A stretch of 64,000 nt of DNA from NCBI RefSeq assembly GCF_009834535.1, contig NC_045696.1, positions 9,612,001 through 9,676,000 on the forward strand, given 5' to 3'. Numbering within the stretch: position 1 is the stretch's first letter; every line of letters begins with the position of its first letter. Positions 1 to 12,211 of the stretch are shown piece after piece. The translations under genes and the position numbers were made by a program. This stretch comes from Camelus ferus. Taxonomy: Eukaryota. The notes beneath the pieces were generated by a model. That model saw nothing but the letters and a program-made list of their open reading frames with translations, had not been told where the DNA came from and did no database searches.

Positions 1-272
1 AGAATGGAGCCGAGCAGGACTCGTGAATGGGGCAAATTCAGGGAAACAGAACCAGGGAGATGGAGCAGGAAGTAAGCCTGCAGGGCCACCCCGTCAACAA
101 CATTGGCTTTACCTAACAGCCTTCTAAGTCAGTGCCCTCTGAAGCAAAAAAAAAAAACAAAAACAAAAACAAAAACCCAGGTCTTTCCTCCCACAGAACA
201 TGCCTTCCCTTCATTTCACTCACTGAGAATTCTTGTACCTAAGATAATGCAGGTTTCTCAATCTGATGTTTT

Positions 273-414
273 TCTTTTTTTCTTTTTGGTAGGGAGGAGG
301 CAATTAGGTTTATTATTTGTTTATTTTAGTGGAGGGACTGGAGATTGAACCCAGGGCCTCATGCATGCTAAGCACGTGCTCTACCCCTGAGCTATACCCT
401 CCCCTCCCCCTCTG
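273..414 (-). mobile_element. tRNA-Ala-derived SINE (camelid Vic-1 type)
   Basis: Minus strand reads GGGGAGGGTATAGCTCAGGGGTAGAGCACGTGCTTAGCATGCATGAGGCCCTGGGTTCAATCTCC (A and B boxes), then an A-rich tail; TSD atctgatgtttt at 261-272 and 415-426. Confidence 0.9.
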
Positions 415-2213
415 ATCTGATGTTTTAATTTCTATTATTTGAAAAGCTCTTGGGTCCTCCTCTCCCTCTCTCCTCCACGCAAAGCCTGGTGGGTTGAAAA
501 GAAACAACAAACAGGTAAGATTCCCCAAGGGCACGTCACGCAGGGTTTACAAGCAATGTAACAGAGGCGTGCTTTTCCCCTTAAAACAACACAGTGGACT
601 GTGAGCGAGTGCGGCTAACCGGGCTGTCATCCTACTCAAGACATCACCACTGGCTCCTTAATCCTTGAAGAGCCAAGGTCTCCTCATTCGGGGGGATTTC
701 ACACTTACTTCGTGAATCAGAAGGCACCCCTACCCCGCAGCGCCAGGTCAGGGCTAGCCTGACACATGTGACGGGGTGGGATTACTTCACCTGCGAGCAT
801 TCTCACCCTCTTGTTTCTTCCAGCCCTTCTCCACTTCTTCATCCGATTAAAAAAAAAAAAAAAAACTGTGATTTGCCCAGCTTGTACACCCTCTGTGGCC
901 CCTCCAGAGAGAATTCCGTTTCCTTTTGTGAAGCCAAATTGAAAAATAGGTAAAACATAGAGATAACTTAAAAAACAGAACAAAACAAACAAACAACCCT
1001 AGAAGAGCTAAGTTTACAAAATAAAGGGCTGGCGGGTGCTGAGGGGAATTTGGTATAGTGGAGGGTCCCGAGCATGTGGGGTAGGAGGAAACTGAGAAAG
1101 GGAAGAAGAGGACCCTTCTGGGCAGAGAATTAGATCCCCTGTAGTGGTCTTTCCGTCAAAACGGAAACTATTCTAGTTATTTTTGCACACTGGACAGTGC
1201 TTCTTTGACACATCTCCAGATCGGTAAGCACTGGGCCACACGGGGCCGGCCTGGGACCTGGGTGCCCCCAGAGAGGTGATGGATTGCAAGCTCCTAAGTG
1301 CTTTGAGCTCCTCTGCCCACTCGACTCCCATATATCTCGTTCGTGGGCTGTGCCACTGTGCTCGAAATTGCAATGGCCCCTCTGAGTGGAGGCAGTAAAG
1401 GCCCAGAGTTACACAGGAAGGCCCGTAGGATGGGCCACACTCACTGCCAACATCGCTCTGTGAACGTTTTCATCAAAGCAACACTTTAGTTTTTCACCAC
1501 CTGCGAAAACCCTGGGCCAGTGCTTGGCTGATGAGAAGTGCTCAATCGTTAGTCCCCTGTCCCTTCAGGGCTCTGAGAGAACACGGGGGACACTAGGAGA
1601 GGTAAATTTGATGCCATCCAGGATGCGGAGCCTCAAGGGAAGCCTCAGTCATCCACAGCTGAAATGAGGATGGGAACCTGAAGCCCAACCAGAAATCTCT
1701 GCCAAAAATAGCTTTAAGACAAGAGACTTCGGTGCTGGGTCCCGCTGGAGTGGGGTTTGTTTCCAGGTGTGGGCGAGGCAGCATCCGTCCACCTGTTGGA
1801 GCTAATACTGCCGACTGTTTGTCCAGCTCTTCTAGTGTGGACAGAGGCGCACTGCTGAGCAGATCAGGAGGTGCTTTTTGATAAGACTTAATCACAAAGC
1901 TGGAAAGGGCCTATGGAGATTAAATGCCTAAGTGCTGACCGTTGGCCAGGATGAAAAAGTCAAGCCCCAGGAGGAGTCACCATTCAGATGCTGTTGCTTG
2001 AGACACGGGCAAAAACCAAACCCCAGTGCATGAGAGCTATTTCACTGATGGCCATGCTGCTAAAACACTTTCAAACAGATCTACATTTCTGATACCCAGA
2101 ATAACTATTTAACTGAGAGAACTGACCATATTTGGCATAAATGCTCAACCCTCCTCTAAGCAGAATACCTACCAGGCACTCACTTCAGTGCTGCGAAGGC
2201 AACTATTACGTAA

Positions 2214-2298
2214 TGCTCTATTGAACTATATGAAGTTGCCAGTTTTAGAAGCTAAAAAGGGTCAAATTTGGCAATTTCATACATAGTTCAAACTAATA
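2214..2298. mobile_element. MADE2-like mariner MITE (palindromic)
   Basis: ttgaactatatgaagttgcc...ggcaatttcatacatagttcaaactaata matches the recalled MADE2 inverted-repeat consensus. Confidence 0.8.
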
Positions 2299-2394
2299 CA
2301 TGTGAACCTACTTTTTTCAGGCATTTTGAAATAGATGGTTCTTGCTCAGTCAAATAACCAGATGGGCCCCTAGAGGTGATTCGGGCTGGTCTGC

Positions 2395-2485
2395 TGCTTT
2401 GGCAGGTGGAGGAACTGCAGCTCAGAGAGCCTAAATCACCTGTCCACAGTCACAGTGCTGAGACTAGAAACCCAAGCCCCCCAGG
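2395..2485 (-). mobile_element. MIR fragment
   Basis: gaggaactgcagctcagagagcctaaatcacctgtccacagtcacag resembles the MIR core in antisense. Confidence 0.5.
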
Positions 2486-3155
2486 CTGGCACCCGGCACC
2501 CGGCACCCGTTCTGTCCTAGCGGAAGTCCCAAATTCCGGTAACTCCCTGTTTCCATCACCTGTAGCTGGTCAGCTCAGTGGGCAAAACAAAAGAGACCAA
2601 GACCATGGCTGGAGGTGATGCATATCTATTAGTTGTGCCTGATCTTCAGGACACATGATGACCACCTAATTCCAGCTGCACCTGTCACAAATGTGCACAA
2701 TTCACCACCAGGACAATCCGACACTGAAGAAAGTAACGTGCACTTGATCCCCCAAATCCAGAGTTCACTTTTCTTGAAAGTTGTGGATCATTAGCACCAC
2801 CGGGACTTGCAAAAGGCAACAGAGTCTGTCAGTTTTACAACAAGAGTAGAAAAAGATGGTTATCCACACTAATCCTGAAACTCCCATTAAAAAAAAACTT
2901 TCAAAAGTTTTATCCAAAGGTGACTACTGAAGAAACAAGCAAGGAAAACACTACAAAAAAGAGGGAGAAGGAAGATGGGGGAAGAGGGAGAAGGAGAAGA
3001 AAGAGAGAAAGTCTGCGAACGAGGAAGGAAGGAAGGAAGGGTCAGGTCTTCTTATACCAGGAAAACCATTTCTTTCATAATTTTCTGGGGGGAAAAATAG
3101 CTTTGTTACTTAATTCCTCAAAAAAAAAAAAAAATAATGAGTGATGGAAACTTAC

Positions 3156-3320
3156 CTGCACTGGGCGGTGCGTGAGCAGAACTCCTCCCTGTGAAGCCGG
3201 GCAGCCCCGCAGGGTCTCCCTGGTGCTGGCGGGCCCCCGGGATGGTGCAGAACCCTCGGGCTGCTGGGCAGCTTCAGCCTGCAGCCAGCTGTGCCCCGGC
3301 TCACCCCCGTCTGCAATCCT
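3156..3320 (-). other. Candidate non-coding (5' UTR) first exon of an unidentified gene extending left of the window
   Basis: Perfect donor CAG|GTAAGT at 3156/3155; GC/CpG-rich body with no ATG; no acceptor upstream, but a promoter-like block instead. Confidence 0.55.
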
Positions 3321-3400
3321 AGGCTTTTACCAACCCAAATATTTAATCTAATCTTAAGTGGAAAGTTAAATACTGACTGGCAGCTGGTAATTAACCTTGG
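3321..3400 (-). promoter_or_regulatory. Candidate tissue-specific core promoter
   Basis: AT-rich block in GC-rich context: TATA-like/FOX-like TTAAATATTTG (3336-3346), two TAATCT (3344-3354), TTAAGTG (3354-3360), two HNF1-like sites (3365-3377, 3383-3395). Confidence 0.5.
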
Positions 3401-3919
3401 TGCCGAGGGGGTGTGCCTGCGGGGAGTCCAGCATCGGGCAGGGGCCTTACAAGTTCCCTCTTCAGGCTTCACGATGCCAGCCCCAGCCAGGGCAGTGCCT
3501 GGGCACAGTTTGCCACCCTCCCAGGATGAGTCTCAGAGGACAGCTCATTCCCTGCAGACCTTGTGGGGAAGGGAAGTGTCCCAAAGAGCTGAGATGAACG
3601 TAGCCATCTCTGAGTGGTCGGTGTGGGTTGAGGACAAAGCCCTATGATTGGAGACAAGTGCCCTTATTCTGAGCACCTCCTCATAAGCCAACATTTCATT
3701 TAAATACCCCTGTATGGGACAATTTCCAAATGACTTAGAACAACACTGTTGTCTTGTAGAACAGAGACTGGCCACAGAAAGGTGCTAAACAGAGGATTTG
3801 AAAGCGAGCCCACAAAGTCAGCAAAAACCTCAAAAGAGCGGAACAAACTCTTCTCACCCAAAGAGACTTTTCTATCAGAATGAGAGTCCTTGGAACTGGG
3901 CGGAGTGGGACTTCATAAG

Positions 3920-4110
3920 GGCTAACGCTTTCTGAGTTCTCACCAGTGCCAGGTTCTTCCCAAATGCTTTCATTGCATCAGCATCATGTCACTGGTGCCA
4001 CGACCCAGTGCAGAAGGGACTACCAACTTTACCGCTGAGGGGCCCCGGCACAGAGAGGTCAAGAGGACAGAGCGACACAGACGCAGAGCCAGGATTGGAG
4101 TCCCGTCCTG
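3920..4110 (-). mobile_element. Degenerate MIR
   Basis: gctaacgctttctgag...gtgccagg...gcacagagaggtcaag follows the antisense MIR order. Confidence 0.45.
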
Positions 4111-4281
4111 AGAGGCAGCTCCACCAGAAGCTGGACATCACTCTGACACGTACTCATGCGAAGGAACGTTAACTTTGTTTCACAATTGGATTTTCTCATT
4201 AAATGGTGCTCTGAACGAGGCAGTTTGAAGCACACTGGGTGGCAGGGGGAAGATGGCTGGGATTTAAAACTCCCTACAAAG

Positions 4282-4787
4282 TGTTGACTGAAATAAAACC
4301 ACACAACGTGAGAGCTGTGGGTTGTTTTATTTGGAGCCAAATGAGGACTGTAGCCAGGGAGCCAGCATCTCAGATAGCTCTGAGGAACAGCTCCAAAGAG
4401 GCAGGGGGAAAGCTCAGTATTATATATGTCATCAGTGAGGGGGGGACGTGCAGCCAAGCACACGTTCAGGCAGAGGCTGCTGCTAGTCATGAGGAGCAGT
4501 CGTCACCGTTTATGATTCTAGTGCTTTTCTAGATATGAGGAGACACAAGAACTGGGGTCATAAAATCTTCTCCTGAAAACATCTAACTATCTGACGGCCT
4601 GTTCAGCCAGTTCTCCCAGAGCACAGAGCGCCTCGTTCCTGACCTCCATCCTGAACTCCTTTCAGAGGGTGTTGAAGGTCAGCGGCTGCAGCGACTCGTG
4701 AGCTAATCCAAGCAGAGCTAGATGGCCAGTGCCAATGCGATCCAATCCTTGCAGAGGCAGATGGCAAGTGCCAGGTTTTAGCTGGCA
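4282..4787 (-). mobile_element. ERV1-class solo LTR
   Basis: TG...CA ends; near-matching 4-bp flanks aaag/aaat; minus-strand TATATAA (~4420-4426) and AATAAA (4326-4331); ~38-bp internal tandem duplication at 4703-4775. Confidence 0.8.
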
Positions 4788-5154
4788 AAATTATCATACT
4801 TAACGTATGAGATGTGATCTGAAGAAACACGGGGATCTCTGAAACTCTGCACCAGCTTCTCATGACACCGTTTGCCCTCGCAAATCGCCTTCACTGAACG
4901 AGATAAGGCAAACCCAACTGGAAAGGAACAGTTTGACGGTCCAGCTGGGCTCAAAGTGCAGGGCTCCCTGGGCAATTCCACCGGGGTGACTGCGCCACCT
5001 GCTGGTAGACAGAAGGAACAGAGGCCAATCAGCTCTTTAAGCAGCCCTGGCCATGCAATCTCACATCTTGAATTCTCCTAGTGCAAAGGTTAAGAAGAAC
5101 CAAAACAGTGTGCAAGTCTACACTTTGGGGATTAGGACAGGACCAGAAGGCAAT

Positions 5155-5385
5155 AGATCCTGGTGGCTAAGAGCTTGGCTCTGGAGGCTGAAAAACCATG
5201 TGAACAAATTACACAGGGTTCCTGATCGGTGGATTCCTCATCTGTAAGATGGAGAGCAGGAGAGATCCTGCCTCATTGGGTTGTCACAAAAATTAGATGA
5301 GATAATGGATGTAAAGCACTTAATACAGAACCTGGTATTTGGCAACAGCGTAAATGCCCTACACGCATTAGCTTTTGCCGTTATT
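5155..5385 (+). mobile_element. MIR
   Basis: gtggctaagagcttggctctgga...ttcctcatctgtaagatgg...atgtaaagcacttaatacagaacctgg. Confidence 0.7.
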
Positions 5386-6414
5386 TTTAAGAGAAATAAA
5401 CAAGAGGACAAGGCAGTGAGAAACAGACCTTGACCAACCTCATCAAGGAAAAGAACATTCTAGCACCTGGTGAAGAGTGGCTCCTTCATGGTTTATTTTT
5501 ACATAGCTCTTCCCCATGCCTCGGTACACAATTCGCACGACTGGGATGAGACGGAGACCTGACAAAGTGGATGCAGAAGCAGAGGGTCAGTGTGACCCAG
5601 GTGTCCCTTAAAGCCTGGAGAAGACAGCAGAAGGGGGACAGAGCTGTCCCCTGTTTGCTCCCAATGGGCATCAGCGCCCTTGACCTCTGCAGAAAGCTCT
5701 CAGTAGGTACACTCTGCCCCGTCCCCAACAGGAGAATAAAATGCTATCTGCCCAGAAAGCAAGTTATGTAAAAGCAAATGTCCTTTTTTAAAGCCCAGCC
5801 TCAGCCCATGTCCTTACAGAGCTCCTCTGCCTATGTATGACATGTTTTTATAAATCTAGTGAGTGGAGTCTGCTTTTGGATTTAAATTTGAGTGTTACTC
5901 AGTCTGACAGCCAGCTCTAATAAAACCCCCAAATTCCTTCAGAAGAGAAGAGGGTGGAGGACTTTGTTTAGAATCAAATCTGACTTTCAGGTGACCTGTA
6001 CCATTCTTAGGGCACCACTATGGACACAAAGCAAGAGGCTAACAACACTCCTTAAGTAAATAGGACTCTTATTAGGTAGTTGTCTTTGCAAATCCTCAAA
6101 TCAGTTAGTGTCTCTGCCTCAGTCCTGCACTGACCCTATCCATTGCCCTCCTGGGACGGTAGGTAACCCTGCATCCACACCTTCTTCCCTCCTTCACACC
6201 CTCCCAGTACAGTTACATCACAATTTAGGGTTAAATCCAACCTCAGAGTTTGTATTTCTGCGATGATAGAAACATTGTTCTTTGATGACCCACATCATGA
6301 ACTGTAATGACATCTCTCCTTTACACTTCTTTGTTTTTCTTGGAGTTAATAATTATTTCTTTTTAAAAATATTTTTACTGGGCTGTTCTCAAACCTCTTC
6401 CTACACCCCTCGAT

Positions 6415-7135
6415 GACTCAACATCATTAGTCGTTAGGGAAATGAACCTACAACCACAGTGAGCTGCCACTACACACTTGCTAGAATGGCTAAATTTTAA
6501 AAAGACTGACAACACCAAGTGTTGGTGAGGATGTGGGGTAACTGGAACCTTCATCAGCGCTGGTGGGAATGTAAAATGTAAAACAACCACTTGGAAAGAG
6601 TTTGGCAGTTTCTTAATAAGTTACCATAATGGCCCCAACACTTCCACTTCTAGGTATTTACCCAAGATACATGAAACAAGTCTTGCAAAGACTTGCGCGT
6701 GAGTGTTCATAGCAGATCCCTCAAATATCTGCTGAGGGATATTTGGGAATAACCCAAATGGGCAATAGAATATTGCCCAACAATAAAAAGGAACAAATTC
6801 ATGATACATGCAACAACATGGGTGAGTCACAAAAACAGTATCTGAGCAGAGCATGTTTTACTAAATGAGTCTATTTCCAGAAACTCTAGGAAGGGCAAAA
6901 GTAATCCACAGTGATAAAAAGCAGACCAGTTGTTTCCTGGGGCCAGGTGAGGGGAAGGTTGAATTCAAAGGGTTGAGAGAGAATTTTTGGGGGTGACTTG
7001 ATTGTTCTATATCTTGATTATGGTGGTGGTTCCCTGGGTGTATACATTTGTCAAAACTCATTGAACTGTACACTTGAAACGGGTATGTGTAACTTGATGT
7101 AAACTAGACCACAATAAAATTGATATCTTAAAAAT
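6415..7135 (+). mobile_element. Old L1 (L1MD/ME-like), ORF2 end and 3' UTR
   Basis: aacatcattagtcgttagggaaatg...aagtgttggtgaggatgtgg...caaaactcattgaactgtacacttg, ending aataaaattg. Confidence 0.85.
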
Positions 7136-7454
7136 CCATATTTGTAGATTTATGTCTCCAGTCCAGTTCTCTCCTCTAAACTTCAGTCTCAAATGGCCAA
7201 ATGCTTACTTGACATTTCCACGTGTATGTCATTTGGACATCTCAATGTCAGGGGTCCAAGCAGAATGCTCACTTCTCCCACCAGATCTGCTCCTCCCCTG
7301 TGATCCATCACAGTCAAGTGGCCCCACAATCTTTCCAGCTCCTTAAGCCAAAAACTAGGACAGAGCTTTGATTCCTTTCTTTGCCTTACCTCCCACATCC
7401 AGTCCATTTGCAGATACAGCTGATTGACTCCCATTAAGAAAGACCTCTCCAAGT

Positions 7455-7792
7455 CTTGAGTGTGGCTGTGTGAGTTTGCACACTGGGTGACATTGCACCC
7501 AGCAGAACTATAGCAACCCATCCCAACCTCTTTGGAAGCCATGCCTGGGCTTTTGTGTTGTAAACTAGTGTAATGGCCAATTGCAGAGAAGAGTTACAGT
7601 CCATGTTATGAGCCAACCAGACACCTGTTCTCAGAAACTTGCCCGTTTTTGTTGTACTTTTTTATGGTTGCCTTAAGCCGAGTTTTCCCTGTGTCTGCAC
7701 AAGCAGATCCTTTGAACGTGTCCCTTTGTCTGGCAAGCAATAGATCCAGCTTTGTTTCTTACTGCTCAGGTGGCTCCTTGTTCTAATTTGAC
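7455..7792. mobile_element. Unclassified insertion, possibly an LTR
   Basis: Interrupts the collinear L2; begins TG and ends TTTGACA. Confidence 0.35.
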
Positions 7793-8119
7793 ACTTCAAA
7801 ACACATTTCAACTCAGTCTACTTCTCTCTGAAACACCTCCTCATGGCTGGACTGGGTCACGGCTTGCCGTCTGCCTTCAGCTTTTCCCTCTTTGTCTTCA
7901 TTCATTCACTTTGAAAAGCGACCAGCATGACCTTTTAGAAACATAAATCGAAACACGCTATTCCCTTGCTTAAAACTCCCGACTGGTTTCCCATCACCTT
8001 CACAGTAAACTCCAGACTCCTTAGTGCAGCCCCCAGTACATAGAGGACCTGGCCTCTGGTCCCCATCCTGACCTCATCCTTCCCTCACAGCCTGGTCCTG
8101 CTTCCCTGCTCCCTGTGTT

Positions 8120-8610
8120 TCTGTGTTAGCATCTGTACTCATCATTGCTCTAATATAGTATCACAAACTTAGTGCCTTAAAACAGCACAAATTTCTTGTC
8201 TTAAAGTTCTGGAGGTCAGAAGTCCAAAGCGGGTCTTAACTGGGCGGAACTCAAGGTGTCAGCAGGGCTGATTCCTTCTGGAGACTTTGGGGGAAAACTT
8301 GTTTCCTTGTCTTTTCCAGCTTCCAGAGGCTGCCGGCTTTCCTTGGCTCAGGGCCCCTTCCTCGTATGACTCCAACCTCTGCTTTCATCATCCCACCTCT
8401 TACCACTGACTCTCACCTTCTCGCCTTTCTCTTAGAAGGACCTTGGTGATTGCACTTGGCCCGCTCAGATAATCCAGGATCATCTCATCTCAAGGCGACT
8501 CATTTAATCACAACTGCAAAGTCCCCTTTACCACGTAAGTTAACTTTACTCACAGGTTCCAAGGATTAGGACGTGGCCACCTTTGAGGGGCCATTATCCA
8601 GCTTGCCACA
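8120..8610 (-). mobile_element. MaLR solo LTR (MLT1C/D-like)
   Basis: cacaaacttagtgccttaaaacagcac...gttctggaggtcagaagtcc...gattaggacgtggccacctttgaggggccattatcc. Confidence 0.85.
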
Positions 8611-8807
8611 ACATCTTTGTATCAGCTGTTTCCTCTGCCTGGAATGCTATTCCTGCAGATTTTAGCACAGCTAGCTTCTTCACCTCTTTAAATGACACCT
8701 TCTCAGGCAGGTTTTTTTTCCCTCTGTGTACCCAATCTGAAACATTGATGCCTACCTCAGACACCACTCATCAGTCACTCAGAGCATTTTCAGTTTTCTG
8801 AATTGTG

Positions 8808-8927
8808 CAGGGCTACCACATACTGTTACACTGGCTGGGCAGTGCACAACCAGGGGACACCATTCACTTAGACTAGAGTGTGAATGGAGCTTGTGCACAG
8901 CCTGCACCACCATGCGTGATAGCATCT
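8808..8927. mobile_element. MER91-like hAT-Tip100 MITE
   Basis: cagggctaccacatac...gtgcacaacc...ccattcac...gtgaatgg...ttgtgcacagcctgcac, with an internal palindrome. Confidence 0.65.
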
Positions 8928-10639
8928 TTGAATTCTGAAGTTATCCTATTTTATTGCTTTTTTTTTCCTGTCTCTAACTTGGTACCTCAGCTCCATGGCA
9001 GCAAGAATATTGTCTGTGTTACTCATTCTGAGTCTGGTTGAACAAAAGCTCCCAGTGCTTTCCAAATTCATGGAAAAGGTGGCAATTCTAGATTTCAGTT
9101 CAGACGAAATCAAAATCACCTATTTACAAGGCACCAAGGTTATTCTTTCAATCAAAAAGCTGCTTGGAAAAGAAACTCGGCATCATTTCAAAAACATTAA
9201 TAGTACCTGGAGTTTGCAAATGGGGCTCATAAAATAGAAGGTTTTCTTTGATGGTCTTAATGTGAGCAATGGCTTTGTGAGAAGCTGGAGCTGGCTGTGC
9301 TGAGAAACACTGGTAGCTTTGTGCAGCTGTACAAGGAGCTTCAGATTTCTGGATGCCCAGTTTCAGAATATTAGAAGAGATGACAGTGGTTCTGGAGTGG
9401 ATGACACTACTTGACTGAGGAACTGCGGGAATTTTCTTCTCTGAGCCACAAATAAGCGTGACCATTTCCCACAAATAGGGCTTTACCAGGAACACCCCAA
9501 ATACGTGGTTGAGCCTTGAAAGAAGCAAGCTGGTAGGATGCTTTGAAAACGCTGCTTGAGTGATAGAGCAAACCAAGTTTTGTTCAAGTTTCTCCTCTCC
9601 GGGCGGAGCCCTTCACCCAAGGTGCTCTCCCAGCTTTGCTTCTGGGGGTGAGAATCTTGCCACCAAGAGGCTACCGGCGTATTTTTGCAACGTAATGCCT
9701 CAGCTTCATGGTGTTCCATTCTCCTTGACCTTACTCAGCTCCAGTGAAGCCCAAGGGCGCCAAGGCAGATGTCACTCATGGGCCCAATGGCAGGATATTG
9801 TATTCAGTTTCTGTGAGCAAAAACAAGAGCCCCCCTCGTCTCCGGGAGCATTTCTCCCCCCCACCTTAATCTGAAGTGAATGATACCTTCCTGTGATACC
9901 AGGGTTATTTCACAAAGGTGGTTTTCAAAGAGGAAGAGAATCAAAATGAAGAAAAAGGAGTCCTCAGCCTCTGGCCACAGGTGTGTGGGCGCTGAAACTG
10001 GATGGAAAGGTGAGAAGGGACAGCTAAGGGGGCTTCAGTTCCCCCAGAAGAAGTGGGAGGCCCGTGGACCCTTGCAGGGAAAAGCAGATCAAGCCAAACA
10101 GGGGAACAGGGAAGGGGGAGTCTCACCTTTCCAGTTGTGCCAGGAATCAGACCTGCCTTTTGGTCTCTGCTTAGAATCCAGCTTCCTGTTAACGCATCCA
10201 GCGAAACTCTTTCCAGGTGTATCCTTGACAGCATCTCTCCTTGTTTCTGAGCCCTTCGTTTAGGAAGAGTGTTGAGTGGGTTTTCTTTGGAACTTGTGTG
10301 CCTGATTCAAAGACAGAAGGTTGCGATGGAGAGTGTCCAGGGTAGGAGGAATCCCCGGGCACTCCTCGGGAGGGCACCCACCAACCGCTCGCCTACCCCA
10401 CCACCGAGGACCCCAGCCCCTCTGCCCTCCTGATGCCCTCAGATTGGGTCTCAAGGGGAGATATCCACCAAAACCAAGCACCTGCTCCCTTGAGAATTAT
10501 GTTTCCTTGAAAATTTAGAACAAACCCTTGCCCTGTCTTGGAGAAAACTGTCTCCAGAAATCTGGATTCCAATGCGTGGCAGCTTTAAGAATTTGCCTCA
10601 CTTCACACTTGTCAGCAAAAATAAATTTGCTGTTATTTA

Positions 10640-11383
10640 AAAAACAACAACAACAAAAACCAAAAAAAAAAAAAAAAAAAAAGACAAGTGCTGAGGAGGA
10701 TGTTCAGAAATTGGAACCCTTGCACACTGTTGGTGGGGATGCAAAAGGATGCCATCTCTGTGGATAACAGAATGGAGGTGCTCAAAAAATTAAAACAAGA
10801 ACTACCACGTGATCCAGCCACCCCAGTCCCAGGTCTTTACCCCAAAGAATTGAAATCAGGATCTCAAAGAGATATCTCCACTCCCAAGTTCATTGCAGCA
10901 CTATTCACCACAGTCAAGATGTGGAGACAACCTGGGTGTCCCTCAGCAGAAGAATGGATGAAGAAAATGTAGTGTATACATATAATGGAATACATATATA
11001 TATATATATGGCCTTTAAGAAGATGGAAATTCTGTAATCTGTGACAGCACAGATGAACCTTGAAGATCTTATGCTAAGGGAAAGAAGACAGTCACAGAAA
11101 GACAAATACAGCGTGCTCCCACTTAAATGAGGTATCTAAAATAGTCAAATTCGTAGACTCAGAGGGTAGAATGGGAGTTGCTGGGGGCTGGAGGGTGGTG
11201 GAAATGGGGAATTGCTAATCATCAGGCATAACCTTTCAGCCAAGCAAGGCGAACAAACTCTCGAGATCTGCCGTACAACCTCGTGCCCTGAGTCAGCAAT
11301 GACGTGTCACACATTATTTTCTTAAAGGGGTGGATCTCATGTTAGATGTTCTTACAACAGTAGAATAAAATTAAAAACAAAAG
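10640..11383 (+). mobile_element. L1 (L1MA-like), ORF2 C-terminus and 3' UTR
   Basis: ORF 10688-10972 reads MEVLKKLKQELPRDPATP...FIAALFT...EEWMKKM, the L1 ORF2 C-terminal pattern; A-rich end. Confidence 0.9.
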
Positions 11384-12211
11384 AATTGGTTTCAGAGTAG
11401 CGACCTCAAGGAGACAGCTCAGCTTTGTGAGTGTCCAGAAAAGGGATGGCCCCGCGGAACCTGTGGTCCACCTCTAGGGAATTCCTGATGGCTACGTTCC
11501 AGTTTATGGTCTTTCGAGCCTGACTAAGCAGAGTGTTTAGAATAGGTTCTCCTTGGCTAAAGCTAGAGAAAGAAAATTCAAATCAGAGGCTGCGGTGTTC
11601 AAAACGACCACACTGTGTCCCCACAGCGCTGTCAAGTGTGCTGGTTCCCAAAGTAGCCCAGTCTGGACGTGTTTGGTTCTGCGGATAAGATAGAAACGAC
11701 TTTGCCTTGCTCTGGGCGGGTGGGTTCTCCTGCCCGCTGGATCTAACTGCCAGTAGCCCTTAGCAAGGTTCTGGCTTATTTCTTTTTACATTTTTGTTAG
11801 AGAGTGACAGATGCAACCATTCCATGCATTTCTCTTTTTTATTATTATTTTTACTTTGAAATCATTATAGAACTTGCAGAAATGTTGAGTCCCATGTACC
11901 CTTTACCCAGCTTCCCCCAATGATGGCATCTTACATAACTATAGCAAAGTATCAAAACCAGGGCATCTGCATCCATAAGATGCTGTTAACTAGACCACAG
12001 ACCTTATTCAGATTTTGCTTTTTCCTACATATTCATGTGTGTGTGTGTGTAATTTGATGCAGTTTTCTCTGAAATAGAGATTCATGGAAGTACCACCACA
12101 ATTAAGGTAAAGAACTGCCCCTTCCCTGGTAAGGGACTCCTTCGTACCCCACTTTACACCCTCCTTCCCATCCCTTTCCCCTAGTTTCAGTCTCCATAAA
12201 CCTGTACTTTT

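Larger units (their letters stand above)
7136..8800 (+). mobile_element. L2 LINE 3' part, interrupted by younger elements
   Basis: L2-type motifs (tgcttacttgacatttccac; cccttgcttaaaactccc; gctgtttcctctgcctggaatgc) in collinear pieces at 7136-7450, 7793-8115 and 8611-8800. Confidence 0.7.

Noticed and set aside
329..402. tRNA-Ala(AGC) gene
   Set aside because: It is the head of a SINE with an A-rich tail and TSD, and has stem mismatches.
10688..10972. 94-aa ORF as a gene
   Set aside because: L1 ORF2 C-terminal remnant.
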